Both the position numbers and the translations under genes were made by a program. DNA of 64,000 nucleotides from the human T2T-CHM13v2.0 reference genome, Homo sapiens: the NCBI RefSeq assembly GCF_009914755.1, contig NC_060939.1; one strand, written 5' to 3'. The notes under the pieces are model-generated. The model searched no databases. It saw only the letters and a list, made by a program, of their open reading frames with translations, and was not told the DNA's origin. This document shows, piece after piece, positions 27,233 through 40,019 of this stretch (positions are counted from its first letter, which is position 1; each line of letters opens with the position of its first letter).

Positions 27233-27629
27233 GCAGTCCGGCTGCAGAGCTTATTTGGGGTTCCAAGATGGACACTCGTGTGTCCCTAGAAAGCAGGACT
27301 CAGCCATTGGGTGGGCTGTGGAAAGGAATGTACCCCGACCCCCGACCCACACTACAAGGCTCTCCACTGAGGATGGATATTTGGCTGAGCTTTGGAGAAG
27401 GAGCAAGGGCTGGCTGGGCATGCAGGAGTAACAGCGGTGGTAGAGATGAGAATTGCTGTTTGGTTGAGCTGAGGAGGCAGACACATGTATGAGCTGCTTC
27501 TCTAACATAAGTGCTTCCACCATCCTCCTTGGAGGGCTGTCTTCTTTCCTCTCCTTTTCTCCTCCCCCCGCCCGTCTTTCTGTTCCCTTCTTTCCCTTGT
27601 TCCTCCTTCTGTGGAGCTCCCTTTGCTAG

Positions 27630-27760
27630 TATTTTGATTCACTCACTCTACAAATATTTTCCAACAACCTGACTATGTGGTTCTCAGCCTTCTGGACACT
27701 GGAAACAAATCAGTGAGATGAACCAAGTTGGGACTCTCCTTAATTAAGAGTTTTGCTGTC
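27630..27760 (-). mobile_element. L2 3' end
   Basis: ATTCACTCACTCTACAAATATTT...CTGACTATGTG...GGACACTGGAAAC. Confidence 0.65.
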
Positions 27761-29319
27761 TGGGTGCCCCATGCATTGTACATGACGGGCACCAGAGTCA
27801 CAGTTCGCATTGAATGAAGGAGGCCAGAGGGCTCTGGAAGGGAACTTGCATTGTGGTTGCAGAGCTGAACATCAGGCATGGGAGAGAAGAAGTTCCCATT
27901 CCCAGGCCAGAGGGCCAGTGTGTTTCATTCATTCATGTACCAAGCACTTATGCATCATCTACTACACACCAGGAACTGTGTCAGATGCTCAGGCAATTCA
28001 GTGTCAACAAGTCCAACATGATTGGAATTTAGACATTGGGTTCTTTCACTATTCCCCTCAACTAATGAGCAGATGCTAAAGCAGGAAGCAGGTAAACTGA
28101 GTCAAAACTCAGTGCTGTTTGCCAGTGACTCATGAAGGAGAGAAGGCCAGGCGCTGATGACCTTTATCACCTCATCCAAGGCTATCCTGCTGTTGAACGT
28201 TTTAACTAAATGTCGCCATACTTCACGGGAAAATCCAGCAAGAACAGCTCTGTAGCCTTCCGCAGCTTTTGTACAAGAATTATACGATTCTTAGTAAAAT
28301 GCAGCTGAATTATGAGAAAAATGAGTTCCCAGGAACTCTAGTTTGGTCCCCAGCTGAGGCTGAGATTAGAGCCACTGGGCTGCCTGCTTCCCAAAGCCAC
28401 CAAAACACACAAATGATGGCTCCTCAGAGGACAGCGAGGCATGCAAATTAAATGAGCCCTCCTTTTCCTAGAGACATTATCTTTTTCACAATCCTGTCGT
28501 GTTCACTTAAGCTCTGTTTAAGCTTGGAGTTAAGGGCTGTGGCATGGTCTTGACACAATTCACACTTTGGCCTCTTTCTGGGATGTGGGAAGTCACAGTT
28601 CAGTAGGTGGTGCTGTCGGCCTTTGAGTCAACCTCAGACTGTCCCCTGGCCTTAAACTAGGGCAGTCTCAGGGTGGAAGAGAGCACTTGCTGTATTAAAG
28701 AAGACTCCAAATGTCATTGCAACATAAAGGAATGTGCTGTTTCATTAATAAGGTTTTCAGGTACAAACTCAGCCAAATATGACATTTTTTCTATATTCTT
28801 CTAGAATTGTTTTCTTATATCACACAGGCATTTGTTTATACATTCACTTAATCAGGCCACAGATGTGTATGTTGAGCTGTTCCTCTGTGTCAGGAAATGT
28901 GAAATTTTTTTTCTGAGATTCAGTTAAGAGGAACAAAGAAAATATATAAAATCTGATCCCTGGTACCTAAAACCTTCAAACTAGTATTAATAAAATGGAT
29001 TAATAGAGTACCTATCATACGTTGGCTAATAGGCATTTGATATGCATATATTATTCGTATAATCTTCTAAGAATTTCCACTTTCCAGCTGTGCAAATGGA
29101 GATTTTGAAATATTAAATGACTTGCCCCAGATTGCACAGCTATTTAAGAGGCTAAGGGGACTTTGAGGCCAAGTCTATGACCTTAAACTCAATTTCCTTT
29201 CCATTGCAATAAGATTATAGCACCAGGAATACTGTAAAACAGGAGAGGCTCTGGTGCACAAAATTTAAGGACTCACCCTCTCTTACCCTGATAAGATATA
29301 AGCAGAGATGAAGTAGCAG

Positions 29320-29560
29320 CAAGAACAGAGATCTTGGAGCCTGCCTTTTTGTCTTTGACTCCCAGAGTCTCCTTTCATTAGCTATGCAATGTTGCACAAA
29401 TTTCTTGATTTCACAGTATCAGTTTCTTCATCTGTAAGATGGGGATAATAACAGTACAAGGCACACAGAGGTACTGTGGGGAGTAAATGAAATAATGTAT
29501 GTAAAGTGCTTAGAGTACTAATGAACACATATATAAGTATTAGACATTCTTATTTTTATA
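29320..29560 (+). mobile_element. MIR
   Basis: TCAGTTTCTTCATCTGTAAGATGGGGATAATAACAGTAC...TAAATGAAATAATGTATGTAAAGTGCTTAG. Confidence 0.88.
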
Positions 29561-29759
29561 TTATATTAAAATAATTACATGGAATAGCTACATGTGAGAA
29601 ATCCCCTCTATGCAATTTAGCTCTACAGTTCAGAGGGGAAAGAGCGCTTCCAAATACAATAACCTTGGAGGTTGCATTTGGATTAACTTTTGGCATGATG
29701 AAAGGATTTTGACAACTGGAGGTAGTAATATTTGTAGCAACAACATCCTCTCTTTCTTT

Positions 29760-29960
29760 AGTCCTTATTTTATGTCACGTGCTCTGCTGAGTCTTTTATA
29801 TTCATTTTCTCATTTAATACTTGCAAGAATTCTATGAGGTCAAGACTTTCTGAGCACTTTCAACTGAGTCAGTGTTCTCTCTGCCCAAGACTGCCTCACT
29901 AATAAGCGGCAGGATAGAGTTAGCTCCAGGTCTGCTACATCTCCAAATCCATTAGCTCCT
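29760..29960 (-). mobile_element. MIR
   Basis: CTCATTTAATACTTGCAAGAATTCTATGAGGT...GCCCAAGACT...CCAGGTCTG. Confidence 0.7.
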
Positions 29961-30896
29961 GGGCAGACCATAAGGTGGAGAGGTGCAGGCGAGATCTGAA
30001 GTGAAGTTGACTTCCCAGTGGTTGTACAGATGCTCTTGGCTAACTTGGAGCAGGATGAGAAATCCACTTTAGCACATGCGGTGTGCCTGTTGGGAAGTGT
30101 AAGAGAAAAGAGCTGAGAGCTGGGGTGGGCCAGAACCTGAACTTAAAGAATCTTCAAGGCCAGGCTAGAAAGTTTGCATGTTAGTTGGTACTGAATAGAA
30201 AACCATTGCAATTCGGGGATTGGGAATAAGCAAGTATGTTTGCCAGACACAGTTATATGATAATTGAAAAAGAGCTTGAATGACCTATAGTTCGGTCATA
30301 CTTACATTTTAGAAATGGACAATTTAGGATTAAATCCCCCTATAATCTTATATTGTTGGAACTATAGGGTTATTTTTATCTGTCCTGGGAGAGGCTGTTT
30401 GGAATTTTAGATGAGTTAAGCAAAAAGGTGCTAGGGAAATGTGAAATTTTAAAATGCCAATTGGTTATATTGAATTACTTGCCTTTGGCTCTTCATTTCT
30501 ACCTTTTTCACTAATTCAAATGCATGTACCACCTAGGGAAGCATTTTGAAAATGCAGCCAGCCATTCTTTCATGATAGCATGAGCTACGGCACTTCTATA
30601 GTGCCCAAAGAAAATTATACTCTGAACGTGGAATTTAACTCTAAATGGAGACCTCCTTATGATCCAGAAAGATCTATCTACAATGCTTTTTCTTGAATAT
30701 GTAAGCGCCTGAACCTCTCTTCACTGTCATCCGGAAAGTTATATTAGGATGTAAGGGATTTCTGCTCCTCTTTTCTGTTCTAAATTAATCTTACCGTACA
30801 CCAGGAGCAGGGCGAGTAAGTGGCAGGAGACAGGGACCCATTCTCCAGCTATTTCAGCAAAGCGTGCTGCAAAAGAGAATTCTTAGTTATAGCACT

Positions 30897-30990
30897 TGTG
30901 GTTTAGTTATTGTTTTAATGAGCCTTTGCTGTGTAACCACAGCACCATTATGACCCGGCCACACCACAAGAAAAGGAAGTTCCCGTAAGC
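30897..30990. promoter_or_regulatory. candidate enhancer core (RUNX x3, ETS, kB, STAT/GAS motifs)
   Basis: TGTGGTT 30897, AACCACA 30935, ACCACA 30963, AGGAAGT 30974, GGAAGTTCCC 30975, TTCCCGTAA 30980. Confidence 0.45.
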
Positions 30991-31659
30991 CGCCTCCTCA
31001 CTCATCTTTTCATGTTGCTGGAAGTCAGCTCCTCTTAGCGGTGTGCAGCTTGGGCTTCCGGAGTTGGCTGGGTCTTTGTGCTTATCAGCGATACCCTCCT
31101 GTCTCCCATCCCTCCCTCTCCCTCTTCCTTCTTCCTCCAAACTGCCAGGCCTGAAGTATCAAGGAGAGAAGGCGAAAGGGAGTGTAATGAATCACATGTC
31201 TCGGGCCCGAACGGTTGTGGAAAGAAATGCTGGGCAGGAAAAGGCAGCACGCCACTGGGATGAGAGGGCCCCCTTTCTCCTCCTGCCTTTGTCTGTCTTA
31301 AATAGAAACAGATATTTTTCACATGACTTTCCCAAGAGACCACAGTTATTAAGAAAGTGCCAATAGTATATTTAAGAAAAATCGCACTCAGTGAGGAAGT
31401 GTGTGTGTGAATTGGTATGAAACTGTACAGTGGGATTTCATGCACTTTTGGGAAAATTTGTTCTTTGAATTAGGAGAATGAGCTGGATATTCCAAAATAG
31501 AAAACAGGGATTCCAGAGCCCCAGGTTTTCTGTCACTTTTGATACACCAGCAGGTGACTTTTAATGACTCGTTCCGTGGTACCTGACTCTGGTCTTCCCA
31601 TGTGAGCACACGGCTGTGTGGTATAAACTTGACCCCTCCACTCTGCTTGGTTCTGCGTC

Positions 31660-31890
31660 ATGGTGAAAAACGTGGCTTTCAGAGTTCTATGAACCTGAAT
31701 TTAAATCCCAGTCTCACCATTCTCTAATGGTGTGATATGGGTACAAAGTCAGTAATTTATGAGCCTCAGTTTTCTCAGGTGTACAACAGGGAGCTTCATA
31801 CCTGCGGCATTAAAATTTTGTGGCGATTAAATAAAACAACATGTGTAAAGTACCAGGTACATAGTAGGGGCTTAATCAATAATAACTGTT
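31660..31890 (+). mobile_element. MIR
   Basis: ACCTGAATTTAAATCCCAGTCTCACC...TGAGCCTCAGTTTTCTC...ATGTGTAAAGTAC...CATAGTAGGGGCTTAAT. Confidence 0.85.
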
Positions 31891-32523
31891 CTCGTCCTCC
31901 CATTTCTTCCTCCTTTTCTTCCCCTTCTTTCTCTGTTCTCTTTCTCCTTCTCCTCCTCCTGTTTTGGTAATTCTGGGAGCTGTGGAGCATAACACTGTTT
32001 CTGCGTCCTGCCATGAGGAGGTCTTGGCCAAATGTAATCTTCCTGGGCATAGCCATATGCACATAGCATCAGCTTTCCAGTAAGAGCTTCTCAGATGAAC
32101 TCAGAGGTCCGTGTATATCCCTAATGGGAAAAGAGGCTGGAAATACAGTGCTGGTCTGATTCTTTGACAGTTTCCCAATTCCTAGGGCTCCAGCCATACC
32201 GAGTCTCCTTGCCTGTACACGGGCAGCAGGTGGAGGCTCAGAGGATAGTAGGCTACACACTTCTTTGAAATACTGTAATTTAGAATGTAGAAGTGAAACA
32301 TACGCCACTAACCATCATGATACCTTTTTTGTCTGTGTACTAAAAACTAGAATGTTTTAGAAAGAAATATTACAGTAGGAAGGTTAGGTTTAAATCAATT
32401 TGAGGCAGAAAAAAAATGAGGAACCTCTTCTTTCTTTCAACAAAGATCCACTGTACACCACTCATGTACCAGGCAGTGGTGAAGTAGTGAAAAACAAGAT
32501 AGCCATGGCCTCTGCTTCCATAT

Positions 32524-33449
32524 CTGTGGTCCTTAAAGATGGCCAAGAATTTTCTTGATGCTCTGGGCTGGCTCTGTGACTGCTTTGGTCAACAGCGATG
32601 TGGTATCAGTATATTAGTCTCCTGGAGCTACCATAGCAAAATACCATAGACATGGGGGCCTTAAAAACAATATTAATTGTCTCACAGTTCTGGAGGTGGC
32701 AAGTCCAAGATAAGGTGTTGGCTGAGTTGGTCCCTTCTGAGGCTCTGAAAGAGACTCTGTCCAATGCCTCTCCGCACATCCTGATGGTTTGCTGGCCATC
32801 TTTGGCTTGTAGATGCATCATTCCATCTCGGCCTTGATCTCTGCATGGCATTCTCCTTGTGAGTCTTTGTATTGTCTTCTCTTTGTGCACATTTGTGTCT
32901 CTGTCACAATGTACCCTTTGTATTAAGGACACTAGTTACGTCGGATGAGGCCTCACCCTAATGACTACCTCTTAACTTGACTATATTTACAAAGATACTA
33001 TTTCCAAATAAGGTCATGCTTTGAGGTACTGGTAGTTAGGATTCCAATATGTCTTTTCAAGGGGACACAATTCACTCCTAACAGTCAGACCAGCCCTTAA
33101 GAGATTGATGACTTCTTCTTCTTGTCTTGAACACTCGCATTTGCAAATTAGCCACCCTGTTTTGAGGAAGCCAAAGGGCTTCATGGGGAGGCCCATTTGG
33201 AGAGGACCTGAGGCCCTCTGGCCAACAGCCCCACCTCAGTTCCCAGCAAGGACTGCCAGCTGTGTGAGTGAGTTATCTTGGAATAGATAACTCACTTCCA
33301 GACCTCAGTGGAGCTAACACAGCTGCCCTGTGTATAACAGTCATGTGCTACTGCTAATGAGCCTGACCCAAATTGCATATTTGTGAGCAAAGCAAATGTC
33401 TGTTATTGTTTTCAGCCACTAAGTTACATGAGAATAGATCATCATAACA
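32524..33449 (+). mobile_element. MLT1G/H-like LTR, split by a younger MLT1 insertion
   Basis: 5' part GGGCTGGCTCTGTGACTGCTTTGGTCAACAG (32560-32609). 3' part TGAGGAAGCC...CTGAGGCCCTC...CCCAAATTGCATATTTGTGAGCAAA...TTATTGTTTTCAGCCACTAAGTT (33084-33449). Confidence 0.8.
32610..33083 (-). mobile_element. MLT1B/C-type solo LTR nested in the older MLT1
   Basis: TATATTAGTCTCCTGGAGCTACCATAGCAAAATACCA...TCTCACAGTTCTGGAGG...GGGGACACAATTCACTCCTAACA. TSD ATCAG/GTCAG. Confidence 0.9.
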
Positions 33450-34716
33450 ATATCCTTGAAAGCAGACATTACACAAGTAGTTGTGTGTGACAAGTGTTGG
33501 AAATGAGAAGCACAAGACCCCGGCAGGGAGTAAACAAGACAGCTTAGCCGGTCTTGCACTGGTCTGCTTTGTTACTAAGTAAATGCTCTTCCGTGCAGAT
33601 CAATTGGAGGTGCTTTACTAGTTTGGCATTCCTAGCAAAAGGCATATTTGTTCTTGCCTACCTGGCTTTCTGAGATGCATTTAATTCGAAAACACCTTCA
33701 CTCTCTTTGCATCTGTGTTTCCCCTTTGGGAAGTGGGAAGGGTGGGAAAGCCCGTAAGTGGGTGATAACAGCTCCCATCCAAAGAGAACTCCATTTACTT
33801 TCATCTCCTTCATAATGGCACAGAAAATGGAGCATAAAAATACCCCGTGGAAGGTTAAGTGCTCTGTACTAACAGTGGAGGATATGGAGGAGGCAATGAA
33901 GCGAAGGTCGGAATGAACAGGGAGGGGTGAGTTCACATGTGGGTGGTTTCTTTCTTTTCTTTTCTTTTCTTTTTTTGCCTCCTCTTTTACTACTGTTCAA
34001 ATGAAGCTATGTGATACAACACTTAATAATAAAGGGAAATTGCACAGCAGATAGGCAAGGTGACCACTTTTGACAAGAGTCCCTATCAAATCAGGTAATC
34101 CAGAGTGGTATGCTACATTCAGCAAACCAGAACAAGGCCATCTTGTCTTCTAAGAAAACCTGAGGCCAGGTTTATATTCCAAGTCTGTTGTGAGGGATGG
34201 GCAGAACCGGATGGGGCTGGGTCCAAGGGGTCATTCTGTTCAACATCTAGGACAGCTGTGTTGGACAATGGTGTGCTTTTAGTTTAAGGAACCCGGGGTC
34301 CAGGCTTGGGATGGCATTGGAGCTTTAGACATGGTTTCCTTGGTTCATTCACTCAATGAATACTGAGTGCCTTATATATGCCAGACATTGACGTAGGTAG
34401 GCAATGAATAAGTCACACAAGGACTCTGTTCATGTCACAGATTCATTCTAGCAAAGAGAGTGGCACAAATATAACAGACATATATGTATATATATATAAT
34501 TTTAATTATAATAAAGTGACAAAGTGGAGGGTAAAACTGTCAGTCTTTTTATTCAAAGACCTTTCATTCAAACCCTGATATTTCCTTAAGTGACTTAAAT
34601 AAACTCCAAATGACTTCTCATGGCATTTAAGATCCTGCACAATCTAATTCCTACTATACTTCCAAAATTATTTTTTTTCTCCTTTCATCATTCCTCAGGA
34701 CACACCTGTACATTTC

Positions 34717-34960
34717 AGTGTTGTGAAGCATAGCTCTGGTATCAGACTGCCTAGGTTCAAATCTCAGCTATGGCACTCATTAGCTATATGACCTTAGGTA
34801 AGTTACTCAGCCTCTGTGAGCCTTAGCTTTGACTTCTGTAAGATGAGTAGAATACGATTGCTATCTCCCTGGGTGACTGTGAAAATCAGACGAGATCATG
34901 GATATGAGAGGGCAGCATTCATACTAAAGTAAGATATGACTTACTTGGAAGTATTAATGA
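34717..34960 (+). mobile_element. MIR, near full length, within L2 fragments
   Basis: CAGACTGCCTAGGTTCAAATCTCAGCT...GACCTTAGGTAAGTTACTCAGCCTCTGTGAGCCT. Confidence 0.9.
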
Positions 34961-35911
34961 CTACATTATAATAAAAGTTTATGTGTGTATTCATATATAT
35001 ATATTCTATATTTAATCTAACAGTGACTCTGTTCTGAGTCAGAATATATCTTAATGCCACATAGTAAGCCTTAGACTGTGCCTATTTTACTATTCATGCA
35101 CAGTGGATAGATGCTGAATAAAATATAGTCAACTCACTGGTGTCTTGCGGTGATGGCAGAGATCCTTAACTAGGAGGAATGCTGTTTCAGAGGGCTCAGA
35201 ATGGGTAATTAGGAGACTGTCACAAGGAAGCGTGAAGAACTGCACTCTTTAGCTTAAAGAACTGCAGTTGGGAGCCATATGATGAGAATCCATGTGTGCC
35301 ACTTGGCAACATTAGAATTCCAAAACAGAGTGATCTTTAAAGATTCCCTCCCCTTGCAGCTGGGTGGAGAGGTGATCTGGGCTGCTCTGGAAACAGCGGT
35401 GAGCCTTTTATCATTTAAATATTATTCCATCGGGGGCAGAAAAGGGGGACAAAATACTGAAAATAAAAGTTAATTAAAAAATAAAATCAAGAGAAATGTC
35501 TCTCAGAGGCCACCTCTGGTACAGAGACCACCTGTCATTAAGCATTTTCCTGTCTATAAACCCAAGATTGGAAGCTGATCGACTCTTCTCTTGTTTAATT
35601 TTTAATGCCTCCTGTCTGGTCTCTGTGGTAGCTATTATAAACAGAGGCTGTCACATAGATATGTACCTTGCCCAGAGAAAAAGTGATGCTTCCCACTACC
35701 AGAACTGATATCCACTGGGCAAAACCTGCAGTGGGATTTATTACTTGCCTTGGAGAATTTGCTCTTGCATTGATGCAAGTCTCTCCTCTCCTTGTGGGTG
35801 GATTAATATAATAATAGAGGAAGAGAATGTCGTTGAGAAAAGAGAATAAATGGTGGCTCCTGAGCAACAGGGTATCTTCAGATCCTAATTTTCACCTTTC
35901 TGGTTCCTTGG

Positions 35912-36320
35912 GTCACTCATTCAATACAAATTTATTGAGCATCTACTATGTGCCATGCATTGTTGTATGTACTGAGGTCAAAGCAACAAAGCCAGAGAAA
36001 AATCTTTATTCTTTTACCCCACAAGACATTCTATTGAGGAAAGGGAGAGAATAAATACTTTAACAAATAAGAGTGCTGGGCCATTTTAAATGATGAAAGG
36101 GCAAAGAAAGTAAAAGCTGGAAATATGGCACCCTGGGAAGTGGGTAGGAAAGGCCCCCTAAGGAGGTAATGGTTAAGTAATAAGGTGAGTGATGAGGAGC
36201 AGCCAAGAAGGCAAAATCACATGGAATGGCATTCCAAGAAGAGGGAATGGCAAACACAAAGGCCCTGAGTTGGAGATGAGCTTAGCTTCTTTAAGAAGCA
36301 GAGGCATTCGCTGCGTTAAG
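35912..36320 (-). mobile_element. L2 3' region
   Basis: CATTCAATACAAATTTATTGAGCATCTACTATGTGCCA...GCATTCCAAGAAGAGGGAATGGCAAACACAAAGGCCCTGAG. Confidence 0.88.
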
Positions 36321-36943
36321 AGAAGGGACTTCAGACTTATGATGAATACAGGCAATTGAAGGTGCCAGAGGACTTTCAGGAACCTGTAAAAAGGGGGAAG
36401 ATTTGGTTCTGAGATTAGGTTTCAAACCTGGGATGCAAACATTCAATTACAGCCTCATTTTGGCGAATGTGAAAGAAAAGTGTAGGAGATCATCTTTCTT
36501 GAGTGGATTCACTCAGTCGTGCTCCCTAGACATGACCTTCATGGACCTGTTGCCTTGGTCTCCAGGGACCCGTTCCCTCCTGACTATATGAATGCAGTGG
36601 TCTTTATACTGGGAGCCCTTTCTCCTTCCGTCACTCCAGGCCCCAATATTCTATCTTCCTTCTGCTTCCCTATCACCTTCCTAAAACACACCCCATAAAG
36701 CCTCCCTCCCGTTCAATAGTGGCCTTTGAATTTCAACAGGAAGAACTAGCTCCTTAGCACCCCACACAAGACACTCACAGTCTGCCCTCTGCACACCTGG
36801 ATTCCACGTGGCTGCCCACCACTTCTCCACAAGCACCCATGCTTACGAAGAGCCACCTGCATCCTGGCAGCCCCCAGCACCTTGACTTCGGCTCTTCCCT
36901 GGGCTAGACGGCTCATCCTTTCCCTCAACAGGAGGAGACGCTA

Positions 36944-37041
36944 TGTTTTTTTGTTTTTGTTTTTGTTTTTTTTTTGAGTCAGAGTCTCACTCTGTCACCC
37001 AGGCTGGAGTGCAATGGTGCAATCTCGGCTCACTGCAACCT
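36944..37041 (-). mobile_element. severely truncated Alu (3' ~65 nt plus (TTTTTG)n tail)
   Basis: AGAGTCTCACTCTGTCACCCAGGCTGGAGTGCAATGGTGCAATCTCGGCTCACTGCAACCT, then similarity stops abruptly. Confidence 0.92.
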
Positions 37042-37761
37042 TTCCCAAGAGAAGAAAGCCAGGCCAGGTAAAGTGTTAGATTGGAGAGGAAGAGGAGGCC
37101 AGGCAAAGTTTGCAGGGAAGAGCATTTCAGTAGGTAAAATCGCAACACCAAGGCTTGAGTTAGAAATGAACTTGGTGGGTTGATTTCTAGTTTGTACCCT
37201 CTGAGCTCTGGGCGACTGAGGGTGTTATGGGTGGAGGGGGCTGGGGAGTGCCCATAGTTTACTTAATTTTGTGCTTTCCCCAGTCCCTGCCACACACAAT
37301 AAGAACTCACCCTCTTTCTGAGCTCATATTTTGAAGAAATTTAAGATAATTTAGAGGGGAACAAAAAACTTGTGGCATATTTATTAAGTGACAATATTAA
37401 AATGAATTCTGCTGCAGTTTCTATCATGAGATTTGTAAATAGCATTTAACGTTTATAATCTCATTTTTGGAGGACTTTAATTTTGTTGTTTCAGGAACGT
37501 TTATAAAGTAAAAAGGAACTCCTGGTTGCATCAGTGGGGGAAGCTGCTTGCTTCAGAGGGACCTGGGAGGAGATTTACAGAACTCCCTGTTCTTGCCCTA
37601 ATTAAGGCATTTGTTACTGTTTTAATAGCTCCAAGGTACTCACTGTAGCTGGGTTTATAAACAGCTTTTTTTTTTTTTTCCAGAGGAGAGGAGATACTTC
37701 CTTTTACGAGTTATATACTGTGACTCCTTGAGGGCAGGGATGATGGCTTGTATTAGGAATT

Positions 37762-38042
37762 TACTGTGCTCAGTCCCTGTCCCAGAGATGCTGACTCCTA
37801 AACTCTGGGAATGGAATCCAGAAAATTGTCTTACAACACAGCCCTCTGTTCATTCTGATGTCCGCTCAGCTTTGAGGACCACTGAGATAGGGGAACCATT
37901 TTCATTGAGTATACATAAGCCAGGCACGGTGCTGGGTCCCTGCTACTCAAAGGGTGGTCCTCAGGCCAGAAGCATCAGGGTTACCTGGGAGCTTGTTGAA
38001 AGACTCTCAGGACTCGCCTGAGAGAGACTTGTTGCATCAGCT
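37762..38042. mobile_element. two MER5-type MITE fragments
   Basis: CCCAGAGATGCTGACT...TTCTGATG...TTTGAGGACCACTG and CTACTCAAAGGGTGGTCC...AGCATCAGGGTTACCTGGGAGCTTGTT. Confidence 0.7.
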
Positions 38043-38442
38043 GGTTTCAGATGCATCATCTCATTTAATTCTCAGAGCAAATCTCTGATATAGATCTGAA
38101 TATCGTCACAGAAATCTTTGTAATATATATTTTTTATATAATTCACTCTTTTCCCTTTAATTTATTGTCTTATTCAGTTCAGCTATTTCAATTACAGTGT
38201 TTTGAAAGCAATTTCCCTGTTCATGGTAAAGTTTCAATTTAACACTGCGTACACCACTTGCTGAGGAAACGCTTCTATTGACTGGATATCTCTCTTTCCC
38301 CCAAGTCTTCTCTGCAATTCTCTCTTCCACCACCAAAATGTCGTGAACCAAATTTCCTTGGCTACCCCATTAATTAAATGTGCTAGCCAACCACTCAGTC
38401 ACCATAGTTGAGGCATTTAGAGTTGTCCTGTTCTATGATCTC

Positions 38443-39022
38443 TGTGGCAGCTGGCTTCTGAAATGACTGGCAGTAACCCCTGCCTCCTGGTGCACATGCA
38501 CTTGCATAGACCTCCCCCTAAGTGTGGATCTGCTTCTCATGAATAGACTATGGCAAAAATAATAGAATGTCCTTATGAGATTAACTTAGAAAGGACTGTG
38601 GCTTCTGTCTTGATCACCTCTCTCCTTTGTTTTTTTTGGGTGGCTTGTTCTGTTGAGTCAAGCTGCTATGTTGCAAGCTGCCCTCTCAAGGGACCCACAC
38701 ACAGGCACAAGACTGAGGGCAGCCTCCAGCTAACAGCCAGTGAGGACCTGACACCCTCAGTATAAGAACCCACAAGAAACTGAATCTTGCCAGCAGCCAC
38801 TGCATGAGCCTCTAAGCACATCAATCCCCTCAGTATAGCCCAGAGATGACTTCAGCCTTGACCAAAGACTACACTGTAGCCCTGAGAAATCCTGAGCCAG
38901 AGGACCCAACTTCTAAGGGATACTTGGAATTTCTGACCCACAGAAACTCTGGAATAATAAATGTTGTATAAACCTGCTAAGTTTTGGGGTAACTTGACAT
39001 GCAGTAATTGATAACTATTATA
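38443..39022 (+). mobile_element. MLT1F-like solo LTR, full length
   Basis: TGTGGCAGCTGGCTTCTG...TTCTGACCCACAGAAACT...CTAAGTTTTGGGGTAACTTG...GATAACTATTATA. Perfect TSD ATCTC at 38438-38442 and 39023-39027. Confidence 0.9.
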
Positions 39023-39179
39023 ATCTCCCTGCAATTGAGGTTGTCAAGATCTAGCTCATGGGATTGACAGAGAAAGGGGTTCTGTGCTTGATCTAAATCT
39101 ATACAGAAAAATCAAGTGCATGAGAGGCTGCAAGTATTTGTCAAATTTGGTTTCCCCCCATCCCTATGTACAATGTAAA

Positions 39180-39568
39180 CCATGTGTCTCTAACTACCTT
39201 GAATCCAGATGGATGATGGACTTGAATTTAAGGTCAATAAAATGTGCCTGGAAGTAATGAGCACTTGGCACGTATACTCAGCCTGGTTCCTAAAATACCT
39301 CATTTTAGCAGATCCTTCATGCTCTTAGTCTTTGCTTGTCAGCTGGTTGGACCAAGAAGAGAGCTTTAAGGAGGAGTTAGTGGGGAGTGAGCTGATGGAA
39401 GGACCTCAGTCCTGTGTGACCACATTGAGGAAAATCTAGGACACTGCCAACCAGAAGCATTCACACTAGATTCTGTGTAAGCAAAGAAAGGAACTTTTGT
39501 TGCATTGAACCCTTGACTTACTGGTGATGTTTGTTATGCAGCCAACCTAGCCTATCCTGACCAAAACA
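39180..39568 (+). mobile_element. old MLT1 (J-like) LTR
   Basis: 3' end TGTTTGTTATGCAGCCAACCTAGCCTATCCTGACCAAAACA. Confidence 0.7.
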
Positions 39569-40019
39569 CATATCTTATATTTTTGTCTGTTTTCTTTTTT
39601 TATATTTTTAACATGTTAATATAAGTTTATTATTTTTCAGTCCCTTAAACACATTCGTTGATCTGTTATCTTTTGAGTAACATTCACTTATTCACTTCCT
39701 GAACATTTAATGATTTCCAGGCACTGGGTTTTCATTCATAAAAGAGCATAGTTTTTCTCCTTAAAAAATGTGTAATGAATCAGGTCAATAGATGCACAAG
39801 AGGAAATTAAATTGTAATTTAATAGAGATATACACATGAACCCTGTTAGAATACCCTTTAAACGTCAAGCACTACCCTACTCACAAATATTTTAACACCA
39901 TGAACACTTAGAACTCTCTTCATCACATTGATCATGTGTCTACTGTGTGCAAAGATACGAAAGTGTATCTGAATTGGAACATAATACATTTAGCTCAAAT
40001 AGAGATATTCTATATAATA

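Noticed and set aside
26768-27431. Stack of 73-173 aa ORFs on both strands
   Set aside because: They arise from a stop-poor GA/GACA low-complexity tract.
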